DNA of 50,708 bases from Bacteroidales bacterium (GTDB lineage Bacteria > Bacteroidota > Bacteroidia > Bacteroidales > WCHB1-69): contig JAAYKF010000028.1 of NCBI GenBank assembly GCA_012522535.1, positions 1 to 50,708 of the forward strand, read 5' to 3'. Made by a program: the position numbers and the translations under genes. Within the stretch, counting starts at the first letter, position 1. Every line of letters begins with the position of its first letter. This document shows, one piece after another, positions 27,969 to 39,896 of this stretch. The notes under the pieces were generated by a model. It saw only the letters and a program-made list of their open reading frames with translations, ran no database searches and was not told the DNA's origin.

Positions 27969-28026
27969 CAGTCCCAAAATAGAGGGGTATTATATATAGT
28001 ACTGATAATCAATTTAATAAAGTAGT

Positions 28027-28401
28027 ATGCCAACAATTCAACAATTAGTTAGAAAAGGCAGGAAAGATGTAAAATACAAAAGTAAATCACCTGCTTTGGA
28101 ATCATGTCCTCAGCGTCGTGGCGTTTGTGTGCGTGTTTATACCACCACACCCAAGAAGCCTAATTCGGCGATGCGTAAGGTAGCAAGAGTTCGCTTAACC
28201 AATCAAATAGAGGTTAATGCTTACATACCTGGCGAGGGTCACAATTTGCAAGAGCACTCCATCGTGTTGATTCGTGGTGGTCGTGTTAAGGACCTTCCCG
28301 GAGTTCGCTATCACGTAGTTCGTGGAGCGTTAGACACATCTGGTGTTGAGGGACGTAACAAGAGTAGATCCAAGTATGGAACAAAACGACCAAAGAAATA
28401 A
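28027..28401 (+). CDS. rpsL: 30S ribosomal protein S12
   Basis: [12 protein letters not shown]... and [10 protein letters not shown] motifs; 124 aa. Confidence 0.98.
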   Translation: MPTIQQLVRKGRKDVKYKSKSPALESCPQRRGVCVRVYTTTPKKPNSAMRKVARVRLTNQIEVNAYIPGEGHNLQEHSIVLIRGGRVKDLPGVRYHVVRGALDTSGVEGRNKSRSKYGTKRPKK

Positions 28402-28425
28402 TAATCTGAAAAGATAGATTAAGTT

Positions 28426-28893
28426 ATGAGAAAAACTAGACCAAAAAAAAGAATTATCCTTCCCGATCAAAAGTATGGGGATGTTACAGTTACCAAATTT
28501 GTAAACAACTTAATGTTTAATGGTAAGAAAAGTTTGGCTTTTAAGATTTTCTACGATGCGATAGATATCGTTAGCGATAGAACCAAGGAAGACGGACTAG
28601 AAGTGTGGCGCAAGGGTTTAGCAAATGTAACACCATCAGTTGAGGTTCGTAGCCGTAGAATTGGTGGAGCAACATTCCAAATACCTTCAGAAATTCGCCC
28701 CGATAGAAAACAATCCATAGGAATGAAAAATCTTATCAACTTTGCACGCAGACGCAATGAAAAATCTATGGCAGCAAAATTAGCTGGCGAGATTATGTCG
28801 GCATACAAAGAAGAGGGTTCAGCATTCAAACGTAAAGAAGATATGCACCGTATGGCTGATGCCAACAAAGCATTCTCACACTTTAGATTCTAA
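28426..28893 (+). CDS. rpsG: 30S ribosomal protein S7
   Basis: 155 aa. Position after rpsL; S7-like [16 protein letters not shown] motif. Confidence 0.97.
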   Translation: MRKTRPKKRIILPDQKYGDVTVTKFVNNLMFNGKKSLAFKIFYDAIDIVSDRTKEDGLEVWRKGLANVTPSVEVRSRRIGGATFQIPSEIRPDRKQSIGMKNLINFARRRNEKSMAAKLAGEIMSAYKEEGSAFKRKEDMHRMADANKAFSHFRF

Positions 28894-28921
28894 ATAAGAA
28901 AACAGAAAGCTTATAATACAG

Positions 28922-31021
28922 ATGAGTGACGAAATGAAATACATAAGAAATATAGGCATTATGGCTCACATTGACGCTGGTAAGACAACAACTACCGAGC
29001 GTATTCTGTATTATACTGGCAAGAGTTATAAAATAGGCGAAGTACACGAAGGCACCGCCACCATGGACTGGATGGTTCAGGAGCAAGAGCGTGGTATAAC
29101 CATCACCTCGGCTGCTACAACAGTTTATTGGGATTTCAACCAAGAAGAGTACAAGATAAATATAATAGATACCCCCGGACACGTAGATTTCACGGTTGAA
29201 GTAGAGCGATCACTTAGAGTATTAGATGGAGCAGTGGCAATTTTCTGTGCCGTTGGGGGCGTAGAGCCACAATCCGAAACTGTTTGGCGACAAGCCAACA
29301 AATACAGTGTGCCTAGAATATGTTATATCAACAAGATGGACCGTGCAGGTGCCAATTTCTACAGAATAATAGATCAAATAGAAAATAGATTAGATATCAC
29401 CCCTGTGGCAATACAGTTGCCAATAGGCTCTGAAGAAAATTTTGTAGGTTTAGTTGATTTGATACAAAACAAAGCTTATGTTTGGGACGATGAATCGCTG
29501 GGAGCAGTTTATGAAGAAGCTGAAATTCCAGAAGAGATGTTAGACCAAGTTGAAGAGTATCGAAACATATTATTGGAAATAGTAGCCGAATATGACGAAT
29601 CTATATTAGAAAAATATCTTGACAAGCCCGAAACTATCACCGAAGAAGAGATAGTGAAGGTATTGCGAAAAGCTACAATAGCACTTGATGTTTGTCCCGT
29701 TTTGTGTGGGTCATCATTTAAAAACAAAGGAGTTCAAAACCTGATAAATGCCGTGGCACAGTATCTACCTTCGCCATTGGAAGTTGAAGCCATTTCTGGT
29801 ATCAACCCCAAAACCAATAAGCCCGAAGAGAGAAACCCAGATGTGAAGGAACCTTTCTCAGCCCTCGCATTTAAAATTGCCACCGATCCATACGTGGGTC
29901 GCATTGCATTCTTTAGAGTATACTCTGGTCAAGTAGAAGCCGGCTCAACCGTTTTTAATATTGGAACACAGAAACGAGAAAGATTGATGCGTTTGCTAAG
30001 GATGCACTCAAACAAACAAACAGCAGTGGAAAATATTCAAGCAGGAGATATTGGAGTGGCAGTTGGATTTAAAGATATTCGCACCGGCGACACGCTTTGC
30101 GACGAAAAACATCCAATAATACTCGAAAATATCGATTTTCCTGAGCCAGTTATCACCGTTGCGGTGGAACCCAGAACTCAAGAAGATATTGATAAACTAT
30201 CCCTTGCACTACGCAAACTATCCGAAGAAGACCCCACATTTATGGTAAAGGTAAATGACGAAACAGGTCAAACAACCATTCACGGAATGGGTGAACTTCA
30301 TTTGGATATCCTTTTAGATCGCTTGAAGCGCGAATTTAAAGTTGAATGTAATCATGGTAAACCTCGAGTGGCATATAAAGAGGCAATTACTAAGTCAGTA
30401 CAACATCGCGAAGTATATAAAAAGCAAACCGGCGGAAAAGGAAAATTTGCAGATATCACTTTTGTAATCGAGCCAGTAGAAAACAATATGAAAGGACTTG
30501 TTTTCGTTGACGAAACCAAAGGTGGTGCACTAACAAAAGAATATGTAGAAGCTGTTAAATCAGGATTTAACACCGCAATGAGAAATGGTGTATTGGCTGG
30601 CTACCCCTTAGAGTCGGTCAAAGTTCGCTTATTAGATGGAGCTTATCACGAAGTTGACTCCGATGCACTCTCGTTTGAGATATGTGCCAATATTGGATTT
30701 AAAGAGGCATGCCGCAAAGCTAGCCCCATATTCTTAGAGCCAATTATGGAGACAGAGATAAGTTCGCCAGTAGATTTTATTGGTAATATATCGGGCGATT
30801 TGAATCGTCGTAGAGCCATCATTAATCAAATAGACAGCGATTCGCACGGACAAGTAATCAAGGCAATGGTTCCTCTATCCGAAATGTTTGGATATGTAAC
30901 CACCCTCAGAAGCTTGTCGTCAGGAAGAGCCACATCCACGATGGAATTTTCGCATTATGCCGAAGTTCCGTCCGAACTTAGTGAAGAAATTTTATATCAA
31001 GGAAAATATTCATTATTGTAA
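28922..31021 (+). CDS. fusA: Elongation factor G
   Basis: G-domain motifs [17 protein letters not shown] and NKMD; 699 aa. No tuf follows. Confidence 0.98.
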   Translation: MSDEMKYIRNIGIMAHIDAGKTTTTERILYYTGKSYKIGEVHEGTATMDWMVQEQERGITITSAATTVYWDFNQEEYKINIIDTPGHVDFTVEVERSLRVLDGAVAIFCAVGGVEPQSETVWRQANKYSVPRICYINKMDRAGANFYRIIDQIENRLDITPVAIQLPIGSEENFVGLVDLIQNKAYVWDDESLGAVYEEAEIPEEMLDQVEEYRNILLEIVAEYDESILEKYLDKPETITEEEIVKVLRKATIALDVCPVLCGSSFKNKGVQNLINAVAQYLPSPLEVEAISGINPKTNKPEERNPDVKEPFSALAFKIATDPYVGRIAFFRVYSGQVEAGSTVFNIGTQKRERLMRLLRMHSNKQTAVENIQAGDIGVAVGFKDIRTGDTLCDEKHPIILENIDFPEPVITVAVEPRTQEDIDKLSLALRKLSEEDPTFMVKVNDETGQTTIHGMGELHLDILLDRLKREFKVECNHGKPRVAYKEAITKSVQHREVYKKQTGGKGKFADITFVIEPVENNMKGLVFVDETKGGALTKEYVEAVKSGFNTAMRNGVLAGYPLESVKVRLLDGAYHEVDSDALSFEICANIGFKEACRKASPIFLEPIMETEISSPVDFIGNISGDLNRRRAIINQIDSDSHGQVIKAMVPLSEMFGYVTTLRSLSSGRATSTMEFSHYAEVPSELSEEILYQGKYSLL

Positions 31022-31040
31022 AACATAAATTTTTTATAAA

Positions 31041-31346
31041 GTGAGCCAAAGAATAAGAATTAAATTAAAATCGTACGACCATACATTGGTTGACAAATCG
31101 GCAGAGAAAATAGTAAAGACTGTTAAGTCTGCTGGTGCAGTAGTAAGTGGTCCGATACCGCTACCTACACACAAAAAGATTTTTACGGTAAACCGCTCAA
31201 CATTTGTTAACAAAGAATCGAGAGAACAGTTTGAATTATCTACATACAAACGTATTTTAGATATTTACAGCACCACATCAAAAACTATTGATGCTCTTAT
31301 GAAACTTGAGTTGCCAAGCGGTGTTGAAGTAGAAATAAAAGTGTGA
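31041..31346 (+). CDS. rpsJ: 30S ribosomal protein S10
   Basis: GTG start. [15 protein letters not shown]-terminus; 101 aa. Confidence 0.97.
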   Translation: MSQRIRIKLKSYDHTLVDKSAEKIVKTVKSAGAVVSGPIPLPTHKKIFTVNRSTFVNKESREQFELSTYKRILDIYSTTSKTIDALMKLELPSGVEVEIKV

Positions 31347-31387
31347 GGTAAGTATCAATAAGTTAAATCAAAAAAACATTTAAAAAA

Positions 31388-32017
31388 ATGTCTGGATTAA
31401 TTGGAAAAAAAATTGGAATGACTAGCATTTACGATGCCTCTGGTAAGAACATACCATGCACAATTATAGAAGCTGGTCCATGTGTGGTAACACAGATTAA
31501 GACTCTTGAGAAGGATAATTATGAAGCAATTCAGTTAGCCTTTGACGACAAGAAGGAGAAAAATACCACAAAACCTATGATGGGTCATTTCAAAAAAGCA
31601 GGAACAACTCCCAAGCGAATAGTGATGGAGTTTTCGCGTTTTGAGGAAGATCGTCGTAAGGGTTTTGGTGAAACAGTAGATGTTACAATTTTCCACGAAG
31701 GAGAATTTGTTGACGTATCTGGTACATCAAAAGGAAAAGGTTTTCAGGGAGTTATGCGACGCCATGGATATAGTGGAGTGGGCGAAACCACACACGGGCA
31801 CAATGGTGTTAAGCGTAGCACAGGTTCCATAGGTCAATCATCTACACCTGCCAAACTTTTCAAAGGAAAGAAAATGGCCGGTCAGATGGGTAACAAAACT
31901 GTTATGATGATCAACTTGGAAGTTTTGAAAATTATGCCTGAGCAAAATCTATTAGTGGTAAAAGGTTCAGTGCCTGGAGCAAATGGTTCATACTTAAAAA
32001 TAGAAAGATGGAGTTAA
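31388..32017 (+). CDS. rplC: 50S ribosomal protein L3
   Basis: [11 protein letters not shown]-terminus and FQGVMRRHG motif. Confidence 0.97.
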   Translation: MSGLIGKKIGMTSIYDASGKNIPCTIIEAGPCVVTQIKTLEKDNYEAIQLAFDDKKEKNTTKPMMGHFKKAGTTPKRIVMEFSRFEEDRRKGFGETVDVTIFHEGEFVDVSGTSKGKGFQGVMRRHGYSGVGETTHGHNGVKRSTGSIGQSSTPAKLFKGKKMAGQMGNKTVMMINLEVLKIMPEQNLLVVKGSVPGANGSYLKIERWS

Positions 32018-32640
32018 AAGTATATAAATTCGACGGTAGCGAATCAACAAAAGCTATTTCATTAAAAGATGAAGTTTTTGGGATAGAACCCAATGATCAC
32101 GCTATTTGGTTAGATGTAAAAAGTATTCTGGCCAATCGTAGACAAGGTACACACAGTACGTTAGAGAAGTCTCAACTATCGGGTAGTACTCGTAAGATAA
32201 AAAGACAAAAAGGTACAGGTGGCGCACGTGCAGGTAGCATCAAAAACCCATTGTTCCGTGGTGGAGCTCGCGTTTTTGGACCAAGTCCACGTAGCTACTC
32301 ATTCAAATTAAACAAAAAAGTAAAAGAATTAGCACGTCATTCGGCACTTGCATATAAAGCAAAATCGGATAACATTGTAGTTGTTGAAGATTTTACATTC
32401 GACGAACCAAAAACTAAAAATTTCGTAGAATTCTTAAACAATTTCGAATTAGTTGATAAAAAAACTCTTTTAGTTGTTTCTGAATTGAATAAAAACGTAT
32501 ATTTGTCGTCTCGAAATTTGAAGAAGGTTAATGTTATAAGTGATTATGAATTAAACACCTATGATGTTATGAATGCTTCGAAGCTTGTTTTATTTGAAAG
32601 TACAGTTTCTAAAATTCAAGATACAAAACTTGCCGAATAG
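32008..32640 (+). CDS. rplD: 50S ribosomal protein L4
   Basis: [13 protein letters not shown] motif. Overlaps rplC by 10 nt (ATGGAGTTAA). Confidence 0.97.
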   Translation: MELKVYKFDGSESTKAISLKDEVFGIEPNDHAIWLDVKSILANRRQGTHSTLEKSQLSGSTRKIKRQKGTGGARAGSIKNPLFRGGARVFGPSPRSYSFKLNKKVKELARHSALAYKAKSDNIVVVEDFTFDEPKTKNFVEFLNNFELVDKKTLLVVSELNKNVYLSSRNLKKVNVISDYELNTYDVMNASKLVLFESTVSKIQDTKLAE

Positions 32641-32663
32641 TAATAATTATTAACAATAAAGAG

Positions 32664-32954
32664 ATGAGTATAATAATTAAGCCCCTTATAACAGAGAAGA
32701 GCAACATGGCTGGAGAGAAGAACAATACATACGGCTTTGTTGTAGATAGAAGGGCAAATAAATATCAGATTAAGAGAGCTGTTGAAGAACTTTATGGTGT
32801 TGATATTGAGTCAGTAAACACACTTATCCAACGTGGTAAAACTCAAGTTCGTGGAACAAAGAGTGGATATATAGTTGGGAAAAAGAACACAGTAAAGAAA
32901 GCTTTCGTAAAACTGAAAGAAGGTCAAATAATAGATTTTTATAGTAATATTTAA
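32664..32954 (+). CDS. rplW: 50S ribosomal protein L23
   Basis: 96 aa. [11 protein letters not shown]-terminus; operon position. Confidence 0.96.
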   Translation: MSIIIKPLITEKSNMAGEKNNTYGFVVDRRANKYQIKRAVEELYGVDIESVNTLIQRGKTQVRGTKSGYIVGKKNTVKKAFVKLKEGQIIDFYSNI

Positions 32955-32955
32955 A

Positions 32956-33786
32956 ATGGCTTTAAAAAAATATAAACCGGTTACACCCGGACAAAGATTT
33001 AAGGTTATCAGCAACTTCGACGAGATTACTACCAGTACTCCCGAAAAGAGTTTGTTAGCACCACAAAAGCGTAGCGGTGGTCGTAATAACCAAGGAAAGA
33101 TGACCATGAGACACATTGGTGGTGGTCATAAAAAGAAATATAGAATAATTGATTTTAAACGCAATAAAGAGGGAATCCCCGGAGTTGTAAAATCAGTAGA
33201 GTATGATCCAAATCGTTCTGCACGTATCGCACTAATCGTTTATAAAGACGGAGAGAAGAGATACATCATTGCACCACACGGAATTCAAGTTGGTCAGGAA
33301 ATTATTGCAGGTCGTGGCGTATCTCCCGATTTAGGAAACTCACTTTATATTGACGAAATTCCTTTTGGAACAATTATTCATAATATAGAGTTGCGTCCTG
33401 GTCAAGGAGCAAAAATAGCTCGTGGAGCAGGGTCATATGCACAATTGCTTTCTCGTGATGGTAAATATGCTCAAGTGAAGTTACCTTCAGGCGAAATTCG
33501 TTTGATTTTAACCGAATGTAAAGCAACCATTGGTATGGCGTCCAACATCGACCATAGCCACAACGTATCAGGAAAAGCTGGTCGTAGCCGTTGGCAAGGT
33601 CGTCGTCCTCGCGTTAGAGGAGTATCCATGAACCCAGTTGATCACCCCATGGGTGGTGGTGAAGGGCACGCCTCAGGAGGACAACCACGTTCGCGTAAAG
33701 GTATTCCTGCAATCGGATATAGAACTCGTAAGAAAAATAAGAGTTCAAACCAATTTATTGTAGAAAGAAGAAAAAGTAACAAATAA
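32956..33786 (+). CDS. rplB: 50S ribosomal protein L2
   Basis: [12 protein letters not shown] motif; 276 aa. Confidence 0.98.
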   Translation: MALKKYKPVTPGQRFKVISNFDEITTSTPEKSLLAPQKRSGGRNNQGKMTMRHIGGGHKKKYRIIDFKRNKEGIPGVVKSVEYDPNRSARIALIVYKDGEKRYIIAPHGIQVGQEIIAGRGVSPDLGNSLYIDEIPFGTIIHNIELRPGQGAKIARGAGSYAQLLSRDGKYAQVKLPSGEIRLILTECKATIGMASNIDHSHNVSGKAGRSRWQGRRPRVRGVSMNPVDHPMGGGEGHASGGQPRSRKGIPAIGYRTRKKNKSSNQFIVERRKSNK

Positions 33787-33799
33787 AGATTAGCGTATT

Positions 33800-34078
33800 A
33801 TGAGTCGTTCATTAAAAAAAGGACCCTATGTTCATTATAAATTAGAGAAACGTGTTATAGAAGCACAAGAATCTCAAAAGAAGGGTACAATCAAAACTTG
33901 GTCAAGAGCATCAATGATTACCCCCGATTTTGTAGGTTTGACTATAGCAGTACACAATGGAAATAAATTTATTCCCGTATATGTTTCCGAGAACATGGTA
34001 GGTCATAAGCTTGGTGAGTTCGCTCCAACGCGAATATTTAGAGGCCACGCTGGAAGTAAAGATAAAGGGAGAAAATAA
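33800..34078 (+). CDS. rpsS: 30S ribosomal protein S19
   Basis: [12 protein letters not shown]-terminus and [11 protein letters not shown] motif. Confidence 0.98.
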   Translation: MSRSLKKGPYVHYKLEKRVIEAQESQKKGTIKTWSRASMITPDFVGLTIAVHNGNKFIPVYVSENMVGHKLGEFAPTRIFRGHAGSKDKGRK

Positions 34079-34093
34079 GAAATAATTTAAGCA

Positions 34094-34489
34094 ATGGGAT
34101 CACGTAAACGTAATAAAGCCGAAGAACTAAAAGAAGCCAAGAAAAATATCTATATGGCTCGATTAGTAAACAATCCTACCTCGCCACGCAAAACACGCCT
34201 AATGGCAGACGTAGTTAGAGGAATGGAGGTTGAAAAAGCACTTAACATTCTTAAGTTTAGTAGCAAAGAATCAGCTCCTAAGTTGCACAAGCTATTAGTT
34301 TCGGCAATAGCCAACTGGCAACAGAAAAATGAAGGTGCACGCATCGAAGATAGTAATCTGTACATAAAAGAGATTAAAGTGGATGGTGGAAGAATGTTGA
34401 AACGTCTTAGACCAGCACCACGAGGACGTGCGTATAGAATTAGAAAACGCTCTAATCACATTACATTAATAATAGATAGTAAAAACTAA
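34094..34489 (+). CDS. rplV: 50S ribosomal protein L22
   Basis: [14 protein letters not shown] motif; operon position. Confidence 0.96.
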   Translation: MGSRKRNKAEELKEAKKNIYMARLVNNPTSPRKTRLMADVVRGMEVEKALNILKFSSKESAPKLHKLLVSAIANWQQKNEGARIEDSNLYIKEIKVDGGRMLKRLRPAPRGRAYRIRKRSNHITLIIDSKN

Positions 34490-34504
34490 ACAAAGATAAG
34501 TTAA

Positions 34505-35221
34505 ATGGGACAAAAAGTAAATCCAATTAGCCTGAGATTAGGAATCATTAGAGGATGGGATTCGAACTGGTACGGTGGAAAGTCCTTTGGAGACAAATTG
34601 GTTGAAGACCAAAAAATCCGAATGTACTTACAAGCTCGTTTGAGCAAAGCCGGAATTTCTAAAATATATATCGAAAGAACATTAAAACTGGTAACAGTTA
34701 CAATATTCACAGCTCGTCCAGGTCTAATTATTGGAAAAGGTGGTCAAGAAGTTGATAAACTAAAAGAAGAATTGAAAACCTTAACTAATAAAGAGATACA
34801 AATTAATATTTCTGAAATCAAACGCCCCGAAATAGATGCAGTTTTAGTATCGCAATCCATAGCCAAGCAAATTGAAGGTAGAGTTTCATACCGTAGAGCC
34901 ATCAAAATGGCCATTAGCACAGCAATGAGAATGGGAGCAGAGGGAATAAAAGTATCAATTTCAGGTCGTATTGGCGGAGCCGAGATGGCACGAACAGAAC
35001 ATTTTAAAGAGGGAAGAACACCCCTCCATACCCTTAGAGCCGACATCGACTATGCTCATTCAGAAGCACACACAACTTTTGGAGCAATAGGCGTAAAAGT
35101 GTGGATATGTAAAGGTATGATATACGGAACCCCAGACTTGTTTGCACACGCTGAAAGCAAAGACAAAAAACAGCATCCAGGTCGTGGTAGAGGTCAACAC
35201 CAAAGAAGAAGAAGAAACTAA
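34505..35221 (+). CDS. rpsC: 30S ribosomal protein S3
   Basis: [14 protein letters not shown]-terminus, a KH domain and a basic C-terminal tail. Confidence 0.98.
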   Translation: MGQKVNPISLRLGIIRGWDSNWYGGKSFGDKLVEDQKIRMYLQARLSKAGISKIYIERTLKLVTVTIFTARPGLIIGKGGQEVDKLKEELKTLTNKEIQINISEIKRPEIDAVLVSQSIAKQIEGRVSYRRAIKMAISTAMRMGAEGIKVSISGRIGGAEMARTEHFKEGRTPLHTLRADIDYAHSEAHTTFGAIGVKVWICKGMIYGTPDLFAHAESKDKKQHPGRGRGQHQRRRRN

Positions 35222-35249
35222 AAATTAATCATCTTAAAAAAGAATAATA

Positions 35250-35684
35250 ATGTTACAGCCTAGAAGGACCAAATACAGAAGGCATCAAAAGCTAAAAGGA
35301 AAATTCAAAGGTTTAACCAAACGAGGTAGCGAAATAGCCTACGGAACGTTTGCCATTAAAACACTAGAATCAAGCTGGATTACAGGTCGTCAAATAGAAT
35401 CGGCTCGTCAAGCAATAACCAGATACATGAAAAGAGAAGGACAGGTTTGGATTATGATTTTCCCCGACAAACCTATCACCAAAAAACCTCTTGAAGTGCG
35501 TATGGGTAAAGGAAAAGGTTCGCCCGAATATTTCGTAGCACCAGTTAACCCTGGTAGAATCCTATTCGAAGTGGACGGAGTACCTATGGATGTTGCTCGC
35601 GAAGCACTAAGACTTGGAGCACAAAAGTTGCCAGTTACAACAAAATTTGTTGTACGTAGAGATTATGTTGAAGATAAAAAGTAA
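35250..35684 (+). CDS. rplP: 50S ribosomal protein L16
   Basis: [12 protein letters not shown]-terminus and [10 protein letters not shown] motif. Confidence 0.98.
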   Translation: MLQPRRTKYRRHQKLKGKFKGLTKRGSEIAYGTFAIKTLESSWITGRQIESARQAITRYMKREGQVWIMIFPDKPITKKPLEVRMGKGKGSPEYFVAPVNPGRILFEVDGVPMDVAREALRLGAQKLPVTTKFVVRRDYVEDKK

Positions 35685-35689
35685 ATTAA

Positions 35690-35899
35690 ATGAAGCAAAG
35701 CGTAATAATAGAACTTTCAGATGCAGATCTTATAGAGAGACTGGAAGAAGAGACAAAACAGCTAACTAGAATGAGAATCAATCATGCTGTGTCTCCATTG
35801 GATAACCCAATGAAAATTAGAGAATATCGCAGAACAATTGCTCGTATTAAAACAGAAATACGCAAACGCGAATTAGAAAAAAATAAAAAGGAAGATTAA
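35690..35899 (+). CDS. rpmC: 50S ribosomal protein L29
   Basis: 69 aa helical protein in the canonical position after rplP. Confidence 0.94.
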   Translation: MKQSVIIELSDADLIERLEEETKQLTRMRINHAVSPLDNPMKIREYRRTIARIKTEIRKRELEKNKKED

Positions 35900-35912
35900 A
35901 TAGTAAATCCAA

Positions 35913-36167
35913 ATGGAACGTAATTTAAGAAAAGTTAGAGAAGGAGTGGTTGTGAGCAACAAAATGCAAAAGACAATTGTTGTGCACGTTGAACGTAAGT
36001 TCAAACATCCTTTATACGGAAAATTTCTGAAAAGATCATCAAAATATTCAGCACACGACGAAAACAATGATTGTAACATCGGCGATACAGTTCGTATAAT
36101 GGAAACTCGACCATTGAGCAAAACAAAACGATGGAGATTAGTAGAAATTTTAGAAAGAGCTAAATAA
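35913..36167 (+). CDS. rpsQ: 30S ribosomal protein S17
   Basis: [14 protein letters not shown] and [18 protein letters not shown] motifs. Confidence 0.97.
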   Translation: MERNLRKVREGVVVSNKMQKTIVVHVERKFKHPLYGKFLKRSSKYSAHDENNDCNIGDTVRIMETRPLSKTKRWRLVEILERAK

Positions 36168-36169
36168 TT

Positions 36170-36538
36170 ATGATACAGCAAGAATCAAGATTAAGAGTAG
36201 CCGATAACAGCGGTGCAAAAGAAGTTCTTTGCATCAGAGTTCTTGGAGGTACAAGAAAACGCTACGCAACAGTTGGCGATAAAATAATAGTAACAGTAAA
36301 AGATGCTATTCCTTCAGGAAGTATTAAAAAGGGAACGGTTACCAAAGCAGTTATAGTTCGCACAAAAAAAGAGATACGCCGCGCCGACGGATCATATATC
36401 CGCTTCGATGATAATGCATGCGTATTGCTAACACCCAATGAAGAAATACGTGGAACACGTATTTTTGGACCAGTTGCTCGCGAACTTAGAGAAAAACAGT
36501 TTATGAAAATAGTATTCTTAGCACCAGAAGTGCTATAA
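36170..36538 (+). CDS. rplN: 50S ribosomal protein L14
   Basis: [18 protein letters not shown]-terminus. Confidence 0.98.
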   Translation: MIQQESRLRVADNSGAKEVLCIRVLGGTRKRYATVGDKIIVTVKDAIPSGSIKKGTVTKAVIVRTKKEIRRADGSYIRFDDNACVLLTPNEEIRGTRIFGPVARELREKQFMKIVFLAPEVL

Positions 36539-36551
36539 AAATTGAAAGAAA

Positions 36552-36878
36552 ATGCCTACAAAATTGCATATTAAAAAAGGAGACACGGTCAAAGTAATTG
36601 CCGGAGAATCGAAAGGACAACAAGGAAAAGTCCTTAAAGTAGAAGTTAAAAAACTTCGCGCTATCGTTGAAGGTGTGAATTTGGTTTCAAAACATACCAA
36701 ACCTAATGCAAAAGCTCCTCAGGGCGGAATTATTAAAATGGAAGCCCCAATACACATTTCAAACCTTATGGTGGTTGACTCAAGTGGTAACGCAACACGC
36801 ATAGGTAGAAAATTGGATAGCAATGGAAAACTAGTACGTTATTCAAAAAAATCAAAAACGCAGGAGGAAATTAGATAA
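36552..36878 (+). CDS. rplX: 50S ribosomal protein L24
   Basis: [23 protein letters not shown] motif. Confidence 0.97.
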   Translation: MPTKLHIKKGDTVKVIAGESKGQQGKVLKVEVKKLRAIVEGVNLVSKHTKPNAKAPQGGIIKMEAPIHISNLMVVDSSGNATRIGRKLDSNGKLVRYSKKSKTQEEIR

Positions 36879-37441
36879 TGAACTACACACCAAGATTAAA
36901 GCAAAAATATAATGAAGAAATTGTACCTTCTTTAAAAGAAGAATTACAATTTTCAAGCGTTATGCGTGTACCCAAGCTGGTGAAAATATCACTAAACCAA
37001 GGACTTGGAGCAGCAATAATGGACAAAAAGATATTAGAAAATGCACTTGAAGAGATGACACTTATTGCCGGACAAAGAGCAGTACAAACAAAATCAAGAG
37101 TGGATATTTCTAACTTTAAACTAAGAAAAGGTATGCCCATCGGAGCAAGAGTTACTCTTAGAGGTAACCAAATGTATGAATTCCTTGATAGACTAATATC
37201 AGTATCAATTCCACGAATTAGAGACTTTAGAGGTATTAGCGATAAAGGATTTGACGGAAGAGGCAACTACACACTTGGAATTTCAGAACAAATAATTTTC
37301 CCCGAAATAAACATAGACAAAATTTCTAGAATTAATGGTATGGATATCACATTTGTTACCACAGCCCAAACCGACGCTGAATGTTTATCACTACTTAAGA
37401 AATTTGGACTACCATTTATGAATCAAAATCAAAATCAATAA
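36878..37441 (+). CDS. rplE: 50S ribosomal protein L5
   Basis: [20 protein letters not shown] motif. TAATG overlap with rplX. Confidence 0.97.
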   Translation: MNYTPRLKQKYNEEIVPSLKEELQFSSVMRVPKLVKISLNQGLGAAIMDKKILENALEEMTLIAGQRAVQTKSRVDISNFKLRKGMPIGARVTLRGNQMYEFLDRLISVSIPRIRDFRGISDKGFDGRGNYTLGISEQIIFPEINIDKISRINGMDITFVTTAQTDAECLSLLKKFGLPFMNQNQNQ

Positions 37442-37444
37442 CCA

Positions 37445-37714
37445 ATGGCAAGAGAATCATTAAAAGCGAGAGAGATAAAAAGACAAAAGCTCGTTGATAA
37501 GTATGCAGATAAAAGAGCTGAACTCAAAAAAGCAGGCGATTGGGTTGGACTTCAAAAACTACCGCTAAATTCAAATCCGATTCGTTTGCACAATCGTTGT
37601 AAAATCACTGGACGTCCAAAAGGATACATGCGTATGTTTGGTATATCACGTATCAACTTCAGAGAAATGGCCTCAAAAGGACTTATTCCAGGTGTGAAAA
37701 AATCAAGTTGGTAA
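37445..37714 (+). CDS. rpsN: 30S ribosomal protein S14 (long, zinc-independent form)
   Basis: 89 aa with a [11 protein letters not shown] motif. Only one Cys, so there is no CxxC zinc ribbon. Confidence 0.96.
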   Translation: MARESLKAREIKRQKLVDKYADKRAELKKAGDWVGLQKLPLNSNPIRLHNRCKITGRPKGYMRMFGISRINFREMASKGLIPGVKKSSW

Positions 37715-37734
37715 TAAATAAAACAAAGTAAAAG

Positions 37735-38133
37735 ATGAATACCGATCAGATAGCAGATTACTTAACGAGAATAAGAAATGCCATTATGGCAAAACATAAA
37801 GTAGTTGATATTCCTTCTTCAAAAATGAAAAAGGAGATAACTAAAATATTATTCGAAAAAGGATACATCCTCAACTATAAATTTGAAGATGATAAGTTCC
37901 CAGCAATGATAAAAATTGCACTAAAATATCACCCAACTAGCAAAGTTTCAGCAATTACTGAACTTCAAAGAATTAGTAAATCAGGCCTTCGCCAATACTC
38001 ATCGGCAAAAGATATGCCCAGAGTTTTGAACGGACTTGGAATTGCTATAGTTTCTACATCTAGAGGTGTTATGACCGATAAAGAAGCACGCAAACTTAAT
38101 GTTGGCGGTGAAGTATTATGTTACGTAAGTTAA
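37735..38133 (+). CDS. rpsH: 30S ribosomal protein S8
   Basis: [14 protein letters not shown]-terminus and GGEVLCYV C-terminus. Confidence 0.98.
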   Translation: MNTDQIADYLTRIRNAIMAKHKVVDIPSSKMKKEITKILFEKGYILNYKFEDDKFPAMIKIALKYHPTSKVSAITELQRISKSGLRQYSSAKDMPRVLNGLGIAIVSTSRGVMTDKEARKLNVGGEVLCYVS

Positions 38134-38149
38134 TTAAGGAGGTAAAAAA

Positions 38150-38701
38150 ATGTCACGAATAGGAAAAGCACCCATAACACTACCAAGCAATGTAGAGTTT
38201 AAAAGAGGCGACGATAACATCGTTACAGTAAAAGGACCTCTAGGAGAACTTGAACAGTATGTTGATCCATGCATTACGTTTGAAATAGAAAACGGAGAGA
38301 TTAACGTTAAACGAGAATCTGACCAAAAACAACATAGAGCATACCACGGACTATATAGACAACTAATAGCCAATATGGTACATGGAGTTTCAGAAGGATT
38401 TACAATTGTACAAGAAGTTGTAGGAGTTGGATACAGAGTGTCAAATGAGGGACAAAACCTAGAATTAAACTTAGGATACTCCCACGGCATTATATTCCAA
38501 TTGCCCAAAGAAGTTAGCGTTGAAACAGTGAGCGAAAGAGGTAAAAATCCACTTATAACCCTAAAATCGCACGACAAGCAATTGTTAGGACAAGTGGCTG
38601 CCAAAATACGCTCCCTACGTAAACCAGAACCATACAAAGGTAAAGGTATTAAATATCAAGGGGAAGTTCTACGAAGAAAAGCTGGAAAAGCAGCAGAGTA
38701 A
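38150..38701 (+). CDS. rplF: 50S ribosomal protein L6
   Basis: MSRIGKAPI N-terminus and EPYKGKGIKY motif. Confidence 0.98.
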   Translation: MSRIGKAPITLPSNVEFKRGDDNIVTVKGPLGELEQYVDPCITFEIENGEINVKRESDQKQHRAYHGLYRQLIANMVHGVSEGFTIVQEVVGVGYRVSNEGQNLELNLGYSHGIIFQLPKEVSVETVSERGKNPLITLKSHDKQLLGQVAAKIRSLRKPEPYKGKGIKYQGEVLRRKAGKAAE

Positions 38702-38734
38702 TAATTTTTGTAAAACATTAAAATCCAAAATAGG

Positions 38735-39097
38735 ATGGCTATTAAAAACAAAAAAGTATATAGACGATATCGAATTAAAAAGAGAATTCGTAAGGTTGTT
38801 AACGGTACTACCGAAATGCCAAGAATTTCAGTATTCCGTAGCAACAGCCACATCAGCGCACAAATAGTTGACGACACAAAGGGAGTAACATTGGCATCAG
38901 CAACGTCAATGGTACCCTCCATTGCTACACAGAAAGTAACAAAATCTGAAAAAGCAAAATTAGTTGGACAACTATTAGCTGAGCGTGCAAAAGAAGCTGG
39001 TATAGAAAAATGTTGCTTCGATAGAGGCGGTTATTTATATCACGGAAGAGTAAAGTCTTTGGCAGAAGGTGCCAGAGAAGGAGGTTTAAAATTCTAA
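38735..39097 (+). CDS. rplR: 50S ribosomal protein L18
   Basis: FDRGGYLYHGRVKSLAEGAREGGLKF C-terminus. Confidence 0.97.
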   Translation: MAIKNKKVYRRYRIKKRIRKVVNGTTEMPRISVFRSNSHISAQIVDDTKGVTLASATSMVPSIATQKVTKSEKAKLVGQLLAERAKEAGIEKCCFDRGGYLYHGRVKSLAEGAREGGLKF

Positions 39098-39625
39098 ATG
39101 AAAAATATGCCAAATACAAACGTAAATAAAGTAAGATCAAGCGATATTGAATTTAAAGATCGCCTAGTTAGTATTCAACGTGTAACCAAAGTAACAAAAG
39201 GTGGACGTACATTTAGTTTCTCAGCTATTGTTGTAGTTGGAAACGAAAATGGAGTTGTTGGATATGGACTCGGAAAAGCTAAAGAGGTAACATCAGCCAT
39301 TGCAAAAGGTGTTGACAATGCAAAGAAAAATCTTTACAAAATACCCGTAATTAATGGAACAATACCCCACGCCCAAGAAGGTAAATTTAGTGGATCAAGA
39401 GTTTTGGTAAAACCTGCAACACCAGGTACAGGAGTTATTGCCGGAGGTGCAATGCGTGCAGTACTTGAAAGTGCTGGAGTAAAAGATATCTTAGCTAAGT
39501 CGCAAGGATCATCAAATCCACACAGCGTTGTTAAAGCAACAATGGATGCACTATTAAAGTTAAGAGATCCTTATACAGTGGCACAAATGAGAAATATTGA
39601 CCTAGATAAAGTATTTAACGGATAA
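39098..39625 (+). CDS. rpsE: 30S ribosomal protein S5
   Basis: [16 protein letters not shown] motif. TAAATG junction with rplR. Confidence 0.98.
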   Translation: MKNMPNTNVNKVRSSDIEFKDRLVSIQRVTKVTKGGRTFSFSAIVVVGNENGVVGYGLGKAKEVTSAIAKGVDNAKKNLYKIPVINGTIPHAQEGKFSGSRVLVKPATPGTGVIAGGAMRAVLESAGVKDILAKSQGSSNPHSVVKATMDALLKLRDPYTVAQMRNIDLDKVFNG

Positions 39626-39634
39626 AAATAAAAC

Positions 39635-39676
39635 TTGTTAATATGCAAATTTATTTGTAGATTTGCACGTTTTTTC
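39635..39676 (+). promoter_or_regulatory. Intra-operon spacer element: 7-bp hairpin plus T-run overlapping a TAnnTTTG motif
   Basis: TGCAAAT (39644-39650) pairs with ATTTGCA (39661-39667), followed by a T6 run at 39670-39675. TAGATTTG at 39658-39665 sits 20 nt after the TTG at 39635-39637. Confidence 0.3.
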
Positions 39677-39690
39677 CTAAAAAAATTGAA

Positions 39691-39870
39691 ATGAGAAAAC
39701 TAAAATTGACACAAAAAAGGAGCATCATCGGAAGACCTGCTAGACAAAAAAGAACTATGCAAGCCTTAGGATTGAGAAGAATGAACCACTCAGTAGAAGT
39801 TGTGGTAACACCACAAATCGAGGGTATGGTGGAAAAAGTAAAACACTTGCTCTTAGTGGAAGAAATATAG
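39691..39870 (+). CDS. rpmD: 50S ribosomal protein L30
   Basis: Hand-translated 59-aa ORF, not in the ORF track: MRKLKLTQKRSIIGRPARQKRTMQALGLRRMNHSVEVVVTPQIEGMVEKVKHLLLVEEI. Classic L30 pattern and the canonical position between rpsE and rplO. Confidence 0.93.
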   Translation: MRKLKLTQKRSIIGRPARQKRTMQALGLRRMNHSVEVVVTPQIEGMVEKVKHLLLVEEI

Positions 39871-39896
39871 TAACTGAATAAAAAAAGCCAAATAAA

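Noticed and set aside
38134-38637. A 167-aa minus-strand ORF covering almost all of rplF. Similar long antisense ORFs lie at 36883-37266 (rplE), 40784-41188 and 41195-41503 (secY), 16802-17233 (GH2), 44425-44781 (rpoA) and 28551-28868 (rpsG).
   Set aside because: Each lies entirely inside a confidently identified gene on the other strand. Their composition is S/T/L/P/C-rich shadow-ORF-like, and none has a promoter box or a recognisable motif. They are best explained as stop-depleted antisense frames of biased coding sequence.
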